A model generated the notes under the pieces. The model had not been told where the DNA came from, made no database searches, and saw nothing but the letters and a program-made list of their open reading frames with translations. From NCBI RefSeq assembly GCF_011745625.1, contig NW_027191452.1:434001-498000 (forward strand): a stretch of DNA of 64,000 bases, given 5' to 3'. Below, one piece after another: positions 1 to 10,034 of this stretch (the first letter of the stretch is position 1; the number at the start of each line of letters is the position of its first letter). Position numbers and translations under genes: made by a program. Origin of the DNA: Cladosporium halotolerans. Its lineage: Eukaryota.

Positions 1-857
1 GGACTTCGATTGAGCTTAGTAAGGATCGCTGAGATGCTACACCTCTCAGCGCCAGGCCCTCTCTTTCACATGATAGAGGCGACGACATGGGCACCAGCCA
101 GTTCTGCACAGGGAATCTCAGCCGTTTCACAGATCAAGCACGGTGCGAGCAAGCTGATACCAGCTGCTTCAGCACGCTGGAAGATTGAGCATCTATTAAC
201 GGATGTATCTTCGAACGCAAGCGCTACGAAGGAGCATGCCTTGATGCCCGCCGCTCTGACACTTGGTTAAAAGCTGTACCTTGAGCAATATGTCTCTCAG
301 GACTCCTGAAAGAGTCAGAGGCGTCCCATATGCCAGCAAAATAGAAATCTAGACTATTGGGCCGAGCGGGATGCTGGAGGGGCCAAAGCTCAGAAGCGAA
401 ATCCACAATGATCGACAAGGGCGGTCAACACTCTACATACATCAAACGAAGCAATGCAGCACTCCGCCCATGAAGCTGCATTTTTCATATAAGTCTATAG
501 AAATCAATCAAATACAATCAATACCTACGTCCTGAATGAAAGATGTTCCAAGATGCCAAGCCCGGCTCGTTCGGCAGCCCTATCGCAAGGCTGAGGCGGG
601 AACAGCGGGTAAGGCGCAGAAGACGAGCTCAAGAGTGGGCCTTGCCCTCGCGTCCTCGCCCACATCGCGTCTCCAAGGCCGATCTGAACATGCTATTCTC
701 GAGCAGGAGACAAGATGCCACGTCATGCCAAGCAGAAGATGGCCGTGAAGCTGGCTGAACTGCACACTGGCAGTGCCAGACCTGCTCGCGTGAGCTCGTG
801 TGAGTACAACCACATCTGTTGGTGCTTCCTCTTTGTCTCCCGGACCCACGACTAGCC

Positions 858-3464
858 ATGCTGGAAACCACGAGCTATGACCCGCTATCCCCTCGCTCCA
901 GTAGCGACGAGCCTCGGAGCGGTGAGGAGGACCTGGAGATTGATTGGGTGCTCACTTATAACTTTGACGACATCGGTACGGAACCAAAGGATCTGGGTGT
1001 GTGGCAGTGTGGCAGGTGCCGGCTCCCAAGAGTAAACTGACTGACTGAGTGTTACTGCTGGACAGAGGGCGCAGAGGCTGCTGAAGAGTTCCGGAAGCTG
1101 ATCCACCAGCTGGACGGCCGTGGGCTTCAGACTCAAGTTCGGCATGGCTACGGGCAATCTCTCCTTGTCTTGATACGTTGCCCTCGAAACCTATTGGGCA
1201 ACGAGGTGTACCGCTCGAGGTAAGCAGACACAATCACGGGGTCTCCTCATCGACATCGTTCTCTCTAACAAATCCAGGGTCAAGGACTGGCTCCACGGCA
1301 TCATTCACGCTAAGCCAGTTGGCGATAGCAAGACCGTTGTGAAAGCCGATACACCCGCCGAGGCCCTTCGATCGGCCTATCACCTTATCACCTGGACACA
1401 TGAACAAGGTGGTGCCGGAATCGCTGCAGGCCATGGGAACTGGCACAGGGTCACGGAGTCTTTCCCACCTCAAGATGCTCTTGCCAATCGCAAGCTATTG
1501 AAATACTTGGCTGGTCGAACGTTCCTCAATGACAGTGATCTCGACAAGATCCGTGCTTTGTTCGGTGAGAAGGTATGCCGGCTATTCCTGGCTGATCTCA
1601 GATAATTCAAGATCGCTAATGTGAACCAGGTGGCGTTCTACTACGCATTCATACAATGCTACTCGATATTTCTCATCATCCCTACAATTTGTGGAACACT
1701 AACCTGGTTGTTTTCTGGGCCTTACTCTTCAGCCTTCGCGGTCTTCACATGTCTATGGGGCATCGTCTTCGTTGAATACTGGAAACGTCAGGAGATCGAT
1801 CTCAGCATCCGCTGGGACGTTCGGGGAGTTGGTGGAATCAAGGTCAACCGACCGCAGTATGTCTGGGAAAGAGAAGAAGTCGATTCGGTCACTGGAGAGC
1901 TCAAGCGTGTCTTCCCCACGCACAAACGCATTCTGAGGCAGCTCTGGTTCCTCCCCTTCGCAGCTCTCGCCGGCGTTGTACTGGGGACTGTACTTCTAGT
2001 CACCTTTGCTCTCGAAGCCCTCATGTCAGATGTCTATGGCAGTGTCCTTGAAGATCGCTGGGTATGTGCCATGTCGTAGAACAATATTCAAGACAGAGGA
2101 TGCGTACTGACGACGGCTCACAGTACCTGCAATACTTGCCCACCATCCTTCTCTCCGTGGCTTTACCATACATATCTTCAAGCCTCACCGATCTTGCAAC
2201 GAAACTGACCGACTTCGAGAATTACCGCACGAAAGATGAATACGACTTGGCCCAGGTGCAGAAGTCGTTCGTGCTCAACTTTATCACCTCGTTCTTTCCC
2301 ATTGTACTTACTGCATATGTCTACATACCCTACGGCTCCAGGCTCTTACCTTTGATCGTGCCTCCGACATGGGATGCAAAGAACGTCGTCAACTCGTTCG
2401 ACGTTGACCCCGGCAGATTGCAGGAAGAGGTGATATCTCTCTCTATGGCCGCACAGGCGATGAACTTCGGTGAAGAGTTCCTTTACCCCTTCTTCAAACG
2501 GAAAGCATTTGAATTTTGGCGACAGCACCACAGACAGAAACGCGCAGCAACATTCCACGAGAGAGACCACTCTTCGCCAGAGGAGAGTAAGCTCTTCAAC
2601 GACAGTCCTTCAGAGGCGCGATGGTTGACGCGACTTCGCCAGGAGAGCGATGCCGAAGAATACGACGTACACGAGGACATCATGGAAATGGTCGTTCAGT
2701 TCGGCTACCTGACATTGTTCGCACCGGCATGGCCGCTCATGCCGCTCGGCTTCCTTCTGAATAACTGGGTAGAACTCCGTGGCGACTTCTTTAAGCTCAG
2801 CAGTGAGAGTCAGCGTCCACCACCTATCCGCGCCGACTCGATTGGCGATTCCGTGGCAGCACTGGAGTTTCTGACTTGGCTGGGCACCCTTTCGACTGCA
2901 GCATTAGTTCACATCTACGGTGGACCGGGCCCTATCAGCACTACGCGACCTTCAAGGCTGCTTCTCTCCATTTTTGTCGCCGAGCAAGTGTTCCTAGCCG
3001 TGCGGTTTGGCGCCAAACACGCTTTCGCCAAATTCGGATCCGAGGCGGTTAGGGAAGCCGAAGCAAAGCGCTTCATGATGCGCAAGACATATCTGGAGAC
3101 TTTCTCCGAAGAGAAGGCGGGTACCTCGCGTCGCGTGCGCTCTCGCACATACGCTGGAGAGCGCAGGGGCTCCAGAGCTGTGGGCCTTACGGCTTCCAAC
3201 CCAGGAACGCCGGCCGGTGATCTGAGCCCTGTGAAAGAACTTGAAAAGCAGTTGCCGTCGATCACTGTAAACGATGAGCCAAGTGCCAATACTCAAGAGT
3301 TCGACTCGGAGTATAGCACCGATGCTGCGGAACGCTTCTGGACGGAGGATCTCGAAGCACTCGATACCGCTGAGGTTGGGGTTAGGCTCATCAAAGCGCT
3401 CAAGGCGTGGTTTGCGAAGAGCAATGACTCTGCAAGTATCGACGATCGAAGCAAAGCGGACTAG
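858..3464 (+). CDS. Anoctamin/TMEM16 (IST2-like) plasma-membrane channel/scramblase, 5 exons
   Basis: Introns at about 976-1065, 1220-1277, 1573-1629 and 2062-2124 (GT..AG with branch points) join the ORF pieces in frame. Motifs include VYRSRVKDWLHG, IRALFGEKVAFYYAF, EYWKRQE, FENYRT, EMVVQFGYLTLF and NNWVELRGDFFK. An extra upstream exon cannot be excluded. Confidence 0.9.
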
Positions 3465-3819
3465 TCGTGCGCCTCAATCGGTTGCACAGACGAGCAATAA
3501 TCTAGCACTACTCACCATAGTCGAGTGTCAACAATACGCGTTCAGTGATTACTCACGTTCACGCACTCGCACCAGAATATTGAACAGACATGCCGAGACG
3601 ATCCCGGATCGATAAGCTTTCCTTCCTGCAAAGAGTCTTTTCAAGCTTCCGCTATCATCGAATGTGGGTCTATACCGCGGCTATTCAGCTGCCAATCTCG
3701 CTACCGTTGGCGAGCGTCCAATAGCGCGCCACCAAGCCAGGCTACATTCTGGGGGGGTATATGACAGAAGCAGGCGCCTGCGATTCTCCATGTTCGCATC
3801 GAGTCACCTACCATTGACC

Positions 3820-4679
3820 ATGGCCGTAACGTTGAAACTCACTCTCATCGGCTTTGTCGCCCACACAATCGCTGGTGAGCAACCAGCGATCACACCTGCG
3901 CCACGACTCCATCGTAGGCAGGATGATCCGGCTCTCGTTGGCTACGTCGAGCAAGCCTGTACGTATAACAATGTCTCAGTGCGAGATAATTCAAACGTCT
4001 AAGTAACATCAACAGTCTACGAATCACGACGATGTGATTGTACGTCTCCCTCCGAAAAATCACCACGTACCTTTCACTTACAACCCCAGACCCGCAAACC
4101 GTCTCTACAAGCGGCTCCTACGTGCAGTGCTGCCCGGCCACTGGCGAGTGTCCTTTCTACACGACATGCTCTTCCAACACCCTCCTCGCAGCGAACGCCA
4201 CGGTTCCGTGCGACGTCGATGCAACTCTAGCTTGCAACACCGGTCTGGTCTTCGCCACGAGGGACGCTGCTGATCCGGCGTCCTATCTCGCGTGCTGGCA
4301 GACGTCGCTGGGTAGCGATGCGCTTACTATAATACAGAGTGTTGACGAGACGGGTAAGTTCATAGAAATCGAGCAGAGTTAGTGGCGATCATGCACTTAC
4401 CTCGCTCAAGCGGTTGCAGGCGGAAGCACAAGGTCTGCAAGCGGCTCAGGTTCGACTTCTGAGACTAGCTCGGGCTCGAGCACTGCGAGACAGACAGCTT
4501 CTGCCACGGATACAACCTCTGACGAACAGAGTGCGACTTCTACGGCCGATAGCTCGAGTGCTGGCGAGGGCGGCACCGCTGAAAGCTCGTCGTCTGCCGC
4601 CGCTGCGGCTGGGGGCTATGGTGCTCAACAGGGTGGTCTCTTGGGGGCCATGGTATTTGTCGCCCAGCTTTTAGTATGA
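3820..4679 (+). CDS. Secreted Cys-rich, Ser/Thr-rich, probably GPI-anchored cell-surface protein, 4 exons
   Basis: Signal peptide MAVTLKLTLIGFVAHTIAG, then ITPAPRLHRR/Q (Kex2-type site). Introns at about 3959-4015, 4040-4089 and 4354-4419. Cys-rich domain, S/T-rich stalk and hydrophobic C-terminus GGLLGAMVFVAQLLV*. Confidence 0.75.
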
Positions 4680-4838
4680 GTGGGAAGAACGATGAGACGG
4701 AACCTGGCGTCTTCTATGTCCATCGTGGTCTTAGCGCAACTACAACCAGGCCAAGCTGCGGACAAATATGAGAAGATAGATGATATATGAATACTACGCA
4801 AGTCCCACCATATGTTTTCTTTGAATGCTCCTGGAAGT

Positions 4839-5753
4839 CTAAGACGTCTTGCCCTTGACGCCACGAGCGACACTGATGCATCCCTTCGCGCTGTTCTCCT
4901 CGAAGATCCCACCATAGACGACACCCTCATGGATCCCACCCTCCTGAAACCCTTGCTTCGTGATATCAATTCCTCCAGGACCGGTTGGCTTCTTCAGCAC
5001 GCCAAAATGGTACTGGCCGAGATTGGAGAGATCATTTGCAAGGAACTTCGTCTTACGCTTAAGCGAATCGCTGCCCTTTGAGTAGAATACTTCGACCTTG
5101 TTGGCGTTGAAGTCGAGCACCAGGCCAAAGTTGTGCCAGACGTCCGGAGTGAAGGCCGTCTTGAACAGTGTCTGCTGAGGGCTGCTGGCGCTCGTTCCTA
5201 GGATGAACAGAGACCTCGCGTCTTTGGGCGAAGTGTTGGTGCTACCGTACGGCGTGCCAGTGCCGATAGTGAACTGATTCGCGGAGTAATCCTGGTTCTC
5301 CAGCCAGACAAGCTGATACTCGTGGCTGTAGTTGAGGGCCCGGGCATGATCAGTCTTCAGGCTGAAGTGGAGCGTCTTGATCCCGGTCACACTGTCCGTT
5401 GCGTTGGCAGGTTTGGGCTGGAGTTCGGCACGTCTGAAGCCGGTTTGGCGGTTGGTTGGAGAGGGCGTGAAGATCGAACGGTCGTCGATGGTGACTTCAA
5501 CGTTCTTCGAAGTGCTGTTGTCGAAGAGAGATTGCGGACCCTTAGGGAAGCGAAGAACGTCGGCCCATGTTAGATTGGCGCCTAGGACGTAGGAAGGGTC
5601 GTAAGACAATTCGCCCTTGACGAACGAGCTCCCTGTTGATTTCTGAGGGATGCGGCCGTCGAAAACGACAGGGCAAGAGATGTCGTTTTGGCGGGTAGGG
5701 TGGCCAATGGCTTGGGCCAGCAAAGCGGCGCCTGTAAACAATGTCCAATGCAT
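4839..5753 (-). CDS. Secreted glycoside hydrolase family 131 (beta-glucanase)
   Basis: Signal peptide MHWTLFTGAALLAQAIG. Motifs CPVVFDGRIP, EVTIDDRSIF, QTGFRRAEL, LNYSHEYQ, WHNFG and YGGIFEE are typical of fungal GH131. Confidence 0.85.
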   Translation of the reverse strand: MHWTLFTGAALLAQAIGHPTRQNDISCPVVFDGRIPQKSTGSSFVKGELSYDPSYVLGANLTWADVLRFPKGPQSLFDNSTSKNVEVTIDDRSIFTPSPTNRQTGFRRAELQPKPANATDSVTGIKTLHFSLKTDHARALNYSHEYQLVWLENQDYSANQFTIGTGTPYGSTNTSPKDARSLFILGTSASSPQQTLFKTAFTPDVWHNFGLVLDFNANKVEVFYSKGSDSLKRKTKFLANDLSNLGQYHFGVLKKPTGPGGIDITKQGFQEGGIHEGVVYGGIFEENSAKGCISVARGVKGKTS

Positions 5754-6439
5754 AATGGAAAAGCGAGTGAGAGGAAGTGACACTTTTCCTCTATTGGGGA
5801 ACTGTGGAAAATTTTATAGAGAACAGAGCTTGGGCTGGATACCCATGTTTGGAGCGGAGCGACTCCCTCCACGCTTGAGTGGCGTTTGCTCTACGTGCCG
5901 TCCAGCCTTGCTCTTGAGGGCGAGAATTGTTACCTTGCATTCGCGAACCGGTATTCCGGGTACGAGACCCGTAAGAGAAGAGCGTTCAGTAACTTTCCGC
6001 ACGAACATGGACTGGTTCACCAGTGTTTGGCATAGAGCTGTTAGGGCCGGATAGAGTTCGTTGGGCAGAAACATCGTGATTGTTCAAGGTGTGCGCGTCC
6101 GCCTTCAACATATGGTCTACGATATTTTGACATATCATTTGTGAGGATTTATTGGTGATTGACTGGTCTCTTCGCTCGTAGGATCATACACGCTATGGTG
6201 GCTGTAGATGTAGGAGGACGAGAGGAGCCTCCAATTTAGCCGGAAGCGCCGTGAAGTGCACTCAGCGGCATCGGCGTTTGCACGTCTGGCGTCATGCTTG
6301 GATGAGGGACAAAGCTCAATTAGCTTTCAGTGTAGATACGCGGTCATTTCAACTCGCACCTTCAGGTACACACATCCATACTGACACGCCGGATACAAAC
6401 GCTCTTCGCGAACACATCAAACCCGCAAACCTTAGCAAA

Positions 6440-6973
6440 ATGCCCCCCTACGGCCGCGGAGGCGCCGGAAATTACGAGGCTGTGCAACGCGAAAACGAGA
6501 AGGTATCTCACGATCTGGAGGCCAACCAGGGCGCCGCAGACAGCGCGACCAGCAGCTACCTGCCGCCGGATATTGCGGAGAAAGGCGAGGCGCAGTATGC
6601 GCACACGGGGCGCGGCGGCGCGGGCAATTATTACAGTCCCCAGGATCTGAGCAAGACGGGCAACTTCGATGGGGCTGAGACAAGTCATATCCTTGGTGAC
6701 GGTACACCAGCTCCTTCCGAGAGCGTAAGGCCTGCGGCAGCGCCAGCGTTTGACGGCATGTCGACCGCTGTCGGAGGACCTACACCGAAGACAGGACGAG
6801 GTGGCGCTGGGAACTACGACTTTGGCATCAATGAGGCAGAGCGCAAGGCGGCTAGGCAGCATCAGGATAGCGATATGAAGCAGCAGAGATTGAAGGAGGA
6901 TGTGGAGAATGGTGTCAAGGAACAGCTTGCCTTCCCTTCGAAGGCGAAGCTGCCTGGTGGAGAGCCTTTTTGA
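6440..6973 (+). CDS. DUF3602-type protein with three GRGGAGNY repeats
   Basis: ATG at 6440; GRGGAGNY occurs three times in the translation. Confidence 0.8.
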   Translation: MPPYGRGGAGNYEAVQRENEKVSHDLEANQGAADSATSSYLPPDIAEKGEAQYAHTGRGGAGNYYSPQDLSKTGNFDGAETSHILGDGTPAPSESVRPAAAPAFDGMSTAVGGPTPKTGRGGAGNYDFGINEAERKAARQHQDSDMKQQRLKEDVENGVKEQLAFPSKAKLPGGEPF

Positions 6974-7425
6974 TCGATCTATCCGGGCTACTGACTTTGT
7001 ATACGAGAGTACGACTTTATGATCTTCTATATGCGATCTACAGTGTCTTCGCACACTGATATTTGCTGAACTTTTCGGCGTTGTTTAAGGTGACCCTTCC
7101 AGATCTCCTTACGCTTAGTATCTACCACTTACTAGAGTCACACTGGGATTTAGTAGAGTGCAACTCCCTGCTGCGTTTTTACTTCAAACTTGATACCACA
7201 CAGCCTGCTTTTGCCCAGGCCTGAATATGAACTGAGAATGTCGCTCAGCGTGCATTCTTTGAGGCTCCCAACGACCACTCACCTACTGCCTGATACAAGC
7301 AGATACCCAAAAGAAATCGAACAGCATGTAAATTGTAGCAACAGTACAGCTGTTCCAATTTACATTGATTGGTACAGATTAACTAACCCCACCTCGGCTG
7401 CAGATCACCAGACAGACTCCAGGCT

Positions 7426-7442
7426 CGGCGAATGAATCCCCG
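7426..7442. promoter_or_regulatory. CGG-N11-CCG Zn2Cys6 binding-site candidate (RhaR/Gal4-type spacing)
   Basis: CGGCGAATGAATCCCCG lies about 245 bp upstream of the SDR start codon, with a one-mismatch copy at 7395-7411. The motif is short and could occur by chance. Confidence 0.35.
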
Positions 7443-7684
7443 AATGTGGGAACCCCACTGGTTCTCGTTCGCGGTCTTGTGCACTGCAGACTGCATGTTG
7501 AGGCTAAGGATCGAGTCAAAGGTAAGATTCGTGATGAGACGACGCTAGCAGTTCTTCCAGTGACGATCGTTCTTGGAATCAAGAACTACTCTTCCCGCTC
7601 TCGCCATCATCACGCTATTGCAAGCCTCAATATCTATCTATATTCGTCAGATCAGCAAAATTGCCAGGCAGAAGCACAGCAACG

Positions 7685-8509
7685 ATGGTTAGTCTACTTG
7701 CAGGCAAGTCTGCAGTCATCACTGGCGGCGTCACTTGCATTGGAAGGGCCATTGCACTAGGGTATCTTCGCCATGGTGCCGCGGTGACTGTGAACTGCCT
7801 CGACGATGCAAAGTCGGAAGAGCACTTCGAAAGCTTGAAGGCCGAAGCACCATCAGGCAGTCGTCTGTCAAGCATCGCTGGTGACATTGGCAAGAAATCA
7901 ACGGGCGAGGCCATCGTAGAAGCGGCGATCAACAAACATGGTTCACTTGACATTTTCGTCGCCAATGCCGGAGTCAGCATGTTTCGAGACTTCTTGACGT
8001 GAGTGCCAACAGGGCCAAGGAGGACCGCAAGAAGCTAATAGCGACATAGTCTTGACGAAGAGACTCTAGAGTCACACCTACACACCAACATCAGAGGCAC
8101 TTTCTGGTCGACCCAAGCAGCTGCTAGACAGATGATCAAACAAGGCCGTGGCGGCAGCATCATCGGCATTTCATCGATCAGCGCACATCTCGGTGGAGCT
8201 CAGCAAGTACACTACACGCCTACAAAAGCTGCCGTCTTGTCAATGATGCAATCCGAAGCCTGTGCACTTGGGAAGTATGGTATCAGATGCAATGCCCTCC
8301 TCCATGGCACCACCAGAACACAGCTTGCTGCCGGTGATCTGGCTAATGCAGAGAAGTTGGCATATTTGGAGAAGCGTACACCGCTGGGTAGGGTTGGAGA
8401 TCCGGACGATCTAGCTGGTCCTGCAGTGTTCCTCGCCAGTGATTTGAGCAAATATGTGACTGGGGCACAATTGCTTGTGGATGGAGGGCTGTCGATATCC
8501 TTGCAATAG
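7685..8509 (+). CDS. Short-chain dehydrogenase, L-rhamnose-1-dehydrogenase (LRA1/RHA1)-like, 2 exons
   Basis: Intron 7999-8049. Contains a Rossmann-like TGGVTCIG, ANAG, GGSIIGISSISA, catalytic HYTPTK and VTGAQLLVDGG..LQ, resembling fungal LRA1. Confidence 0.8.
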
Positions 8510-8761
8510 ATGATAGTCTTCGAAAGGATCACTTACTTCTCGTCAATCTCGATAGTCCATATAGTGATGATCCAACTGCCAGTCACGACAGAATGAGTCC
8601 TCAAGCGGCTGGTGGCACGGATATGAAGGTGTTTCCACTGCGGGGCATCGGCACAAGTGGGCGTCGCATCGGCATTTGACCATTGAACCTTCTCCAAGTC
8701 GACGACTTCACATGTCCCACCCACCTGGACTTGTCGAACGTAGCCGCCTCGTACCGCGTAT

Positions 8762-9847
8762 ATGAACGTCAAGATGGTCGGCCTCTCAACACACAAGGAA
8801 GTGGCGACTTTCGATTGGAAAGCCGCAGCGACCAACGCCGAATATTCCACCAACGCTCTCCCGGCAAACGAACCGGGATTCATAATCTACGATGAGTCCT
8901 TCAAGAAAATCATAGGCGACAGCCCAGAACTCGAGTTCGTCGAAGTCCGCGACGACAAGTTCGCCCACGAAGCCGGTGTGTACATCCAAAGTACCGACCG
9001 CAACTACTTCACCTCCAACTACCAATCCAACAAGTCCGTCGAAGTCTACTCCGTCGATACCACGCACCACAAAACCGAGCAACACTCCTTCCCCGCCGTC
9101 AAAAACCCCAACGGCGGCTGCTGGTACCAGGAACAAATCCTCTTCTGCTCCCAAGGCGACCTCACGCACCCCTCCGCTCTCGTCCTCGTCGACCCTCAGA
9201 CCGCAGCCTCCACGACCCTAATAAATAACTTCCACGGCCGCCCCTTCAACAGCGTCAACGACGTCGTGATCCACCACCCCAACGATGACATCTGGTTCAC
9301 GGACCCGACGTACGGCTACGAGCAGGCCTTCCGGCAGTCGCCCCAGCTGCCGAGCCAGATCTACCGCTTCAAGCCTTCGACGGGCCAGATCTGGTGCGTC
9401 GCGGACGGCTTCGTGCAGTGCAACGGCCTCTGCTTCAGCCCGGACTACAAGAAGCTGTACGTGACCGACACAGGCGCGGTGCAAGCGCACGGCACGCCGG
9501 GGAATGGGCAGAATTTCTCGCTGAACCCAAGGCTGCCGAGCTCGATTTACGAGTTTGATGTTGTGGATGGCGGGACGAGGTTGGCGAACAGAAAGTTCTT
9601 CGCGTATTGTTCCAGTGGTGTGCCGGATGGGATCAAGTGTGATGAGGAGGGGAATGTGTACTCGGGCTGCGGGGATGGGATCCACGTCTGGAATCGTGAG
9701 GGGCTCCTCATCGGCAAGATATTCGTGGGCAGTGTTGTGGCGAACTTCAACTTCGCTCGAGGAGGTGTGTGGACGATGGCGCAGGAGAAACTGCTTTTTG
9801 CTAGGATCAAGGCGAGGGGCGCATTGGCGAGTATTGAGGGCCATTGA
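8762..9847 (+). CDS. SMP-30/gluconolactonase/LRE family beta-propeller lactonase
   Basis: 361-aa ORF with FAHEAGVY, FNSVNDVV, IWFTDPTYG, NGLCFSPD..KLYVTDTG and PDGIKCD..GNVY. Confidence 0.9.
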   Translation: MNVKMVGLSTHKEVATFDWKAAATNAEYSTNALPANEPGFIIYDESFKKIIGDSPELEFVEVRDDKFAHEAGVYIQSTDRNYFTSNYQSNKSVEVYSVDTTHHKTEQHSFPAVKNPNGGCWYQEQILFCSQGDLTHPSALVLVDPQTAASTTLINNFHGRPFNSVNDVVIHHPNDDIWFTDPTYGYEQAFRQSPQLPSQIYRFKPSTGQIWCVADGFVQCNGLCFSPDYKKLYVTDTGAVQAHGTPGNGQNFSLNPRLPSSIYEFDVVDGGTRLANRKFFAYCSSGVPDGIKCDEEGNVYSGCGDGIHVWNREGLLIGKIFVGSVVANFNFARGGVWTMAQEKLLFARIKARGALASIEGH

Positions 9848-10034
9848 AAGCGGATTGCCGAAACATGGTATGAGTCGATGATGGAAATTTTAGCATTGCG
9901 AATCGGAAAAGAAAAGTCATTGTTTTCATTGGAACTATCACCCTCATCTCAAGCAATCCCAATCGGGATGCGATTTCGAAACCTGCCGTCCCTCATTCAC
10001 CAATACCTGCCGCCCTGCATATTCAACGCGTACC

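Noticed and set aside
536..758. Short ORFs upstream of the anoctamin gene as an extra exon or uORF
   Set aside because: A donor-like GTAAGG exists at about 609, but I could not establish a convincing in-frame acceptor or any homology.
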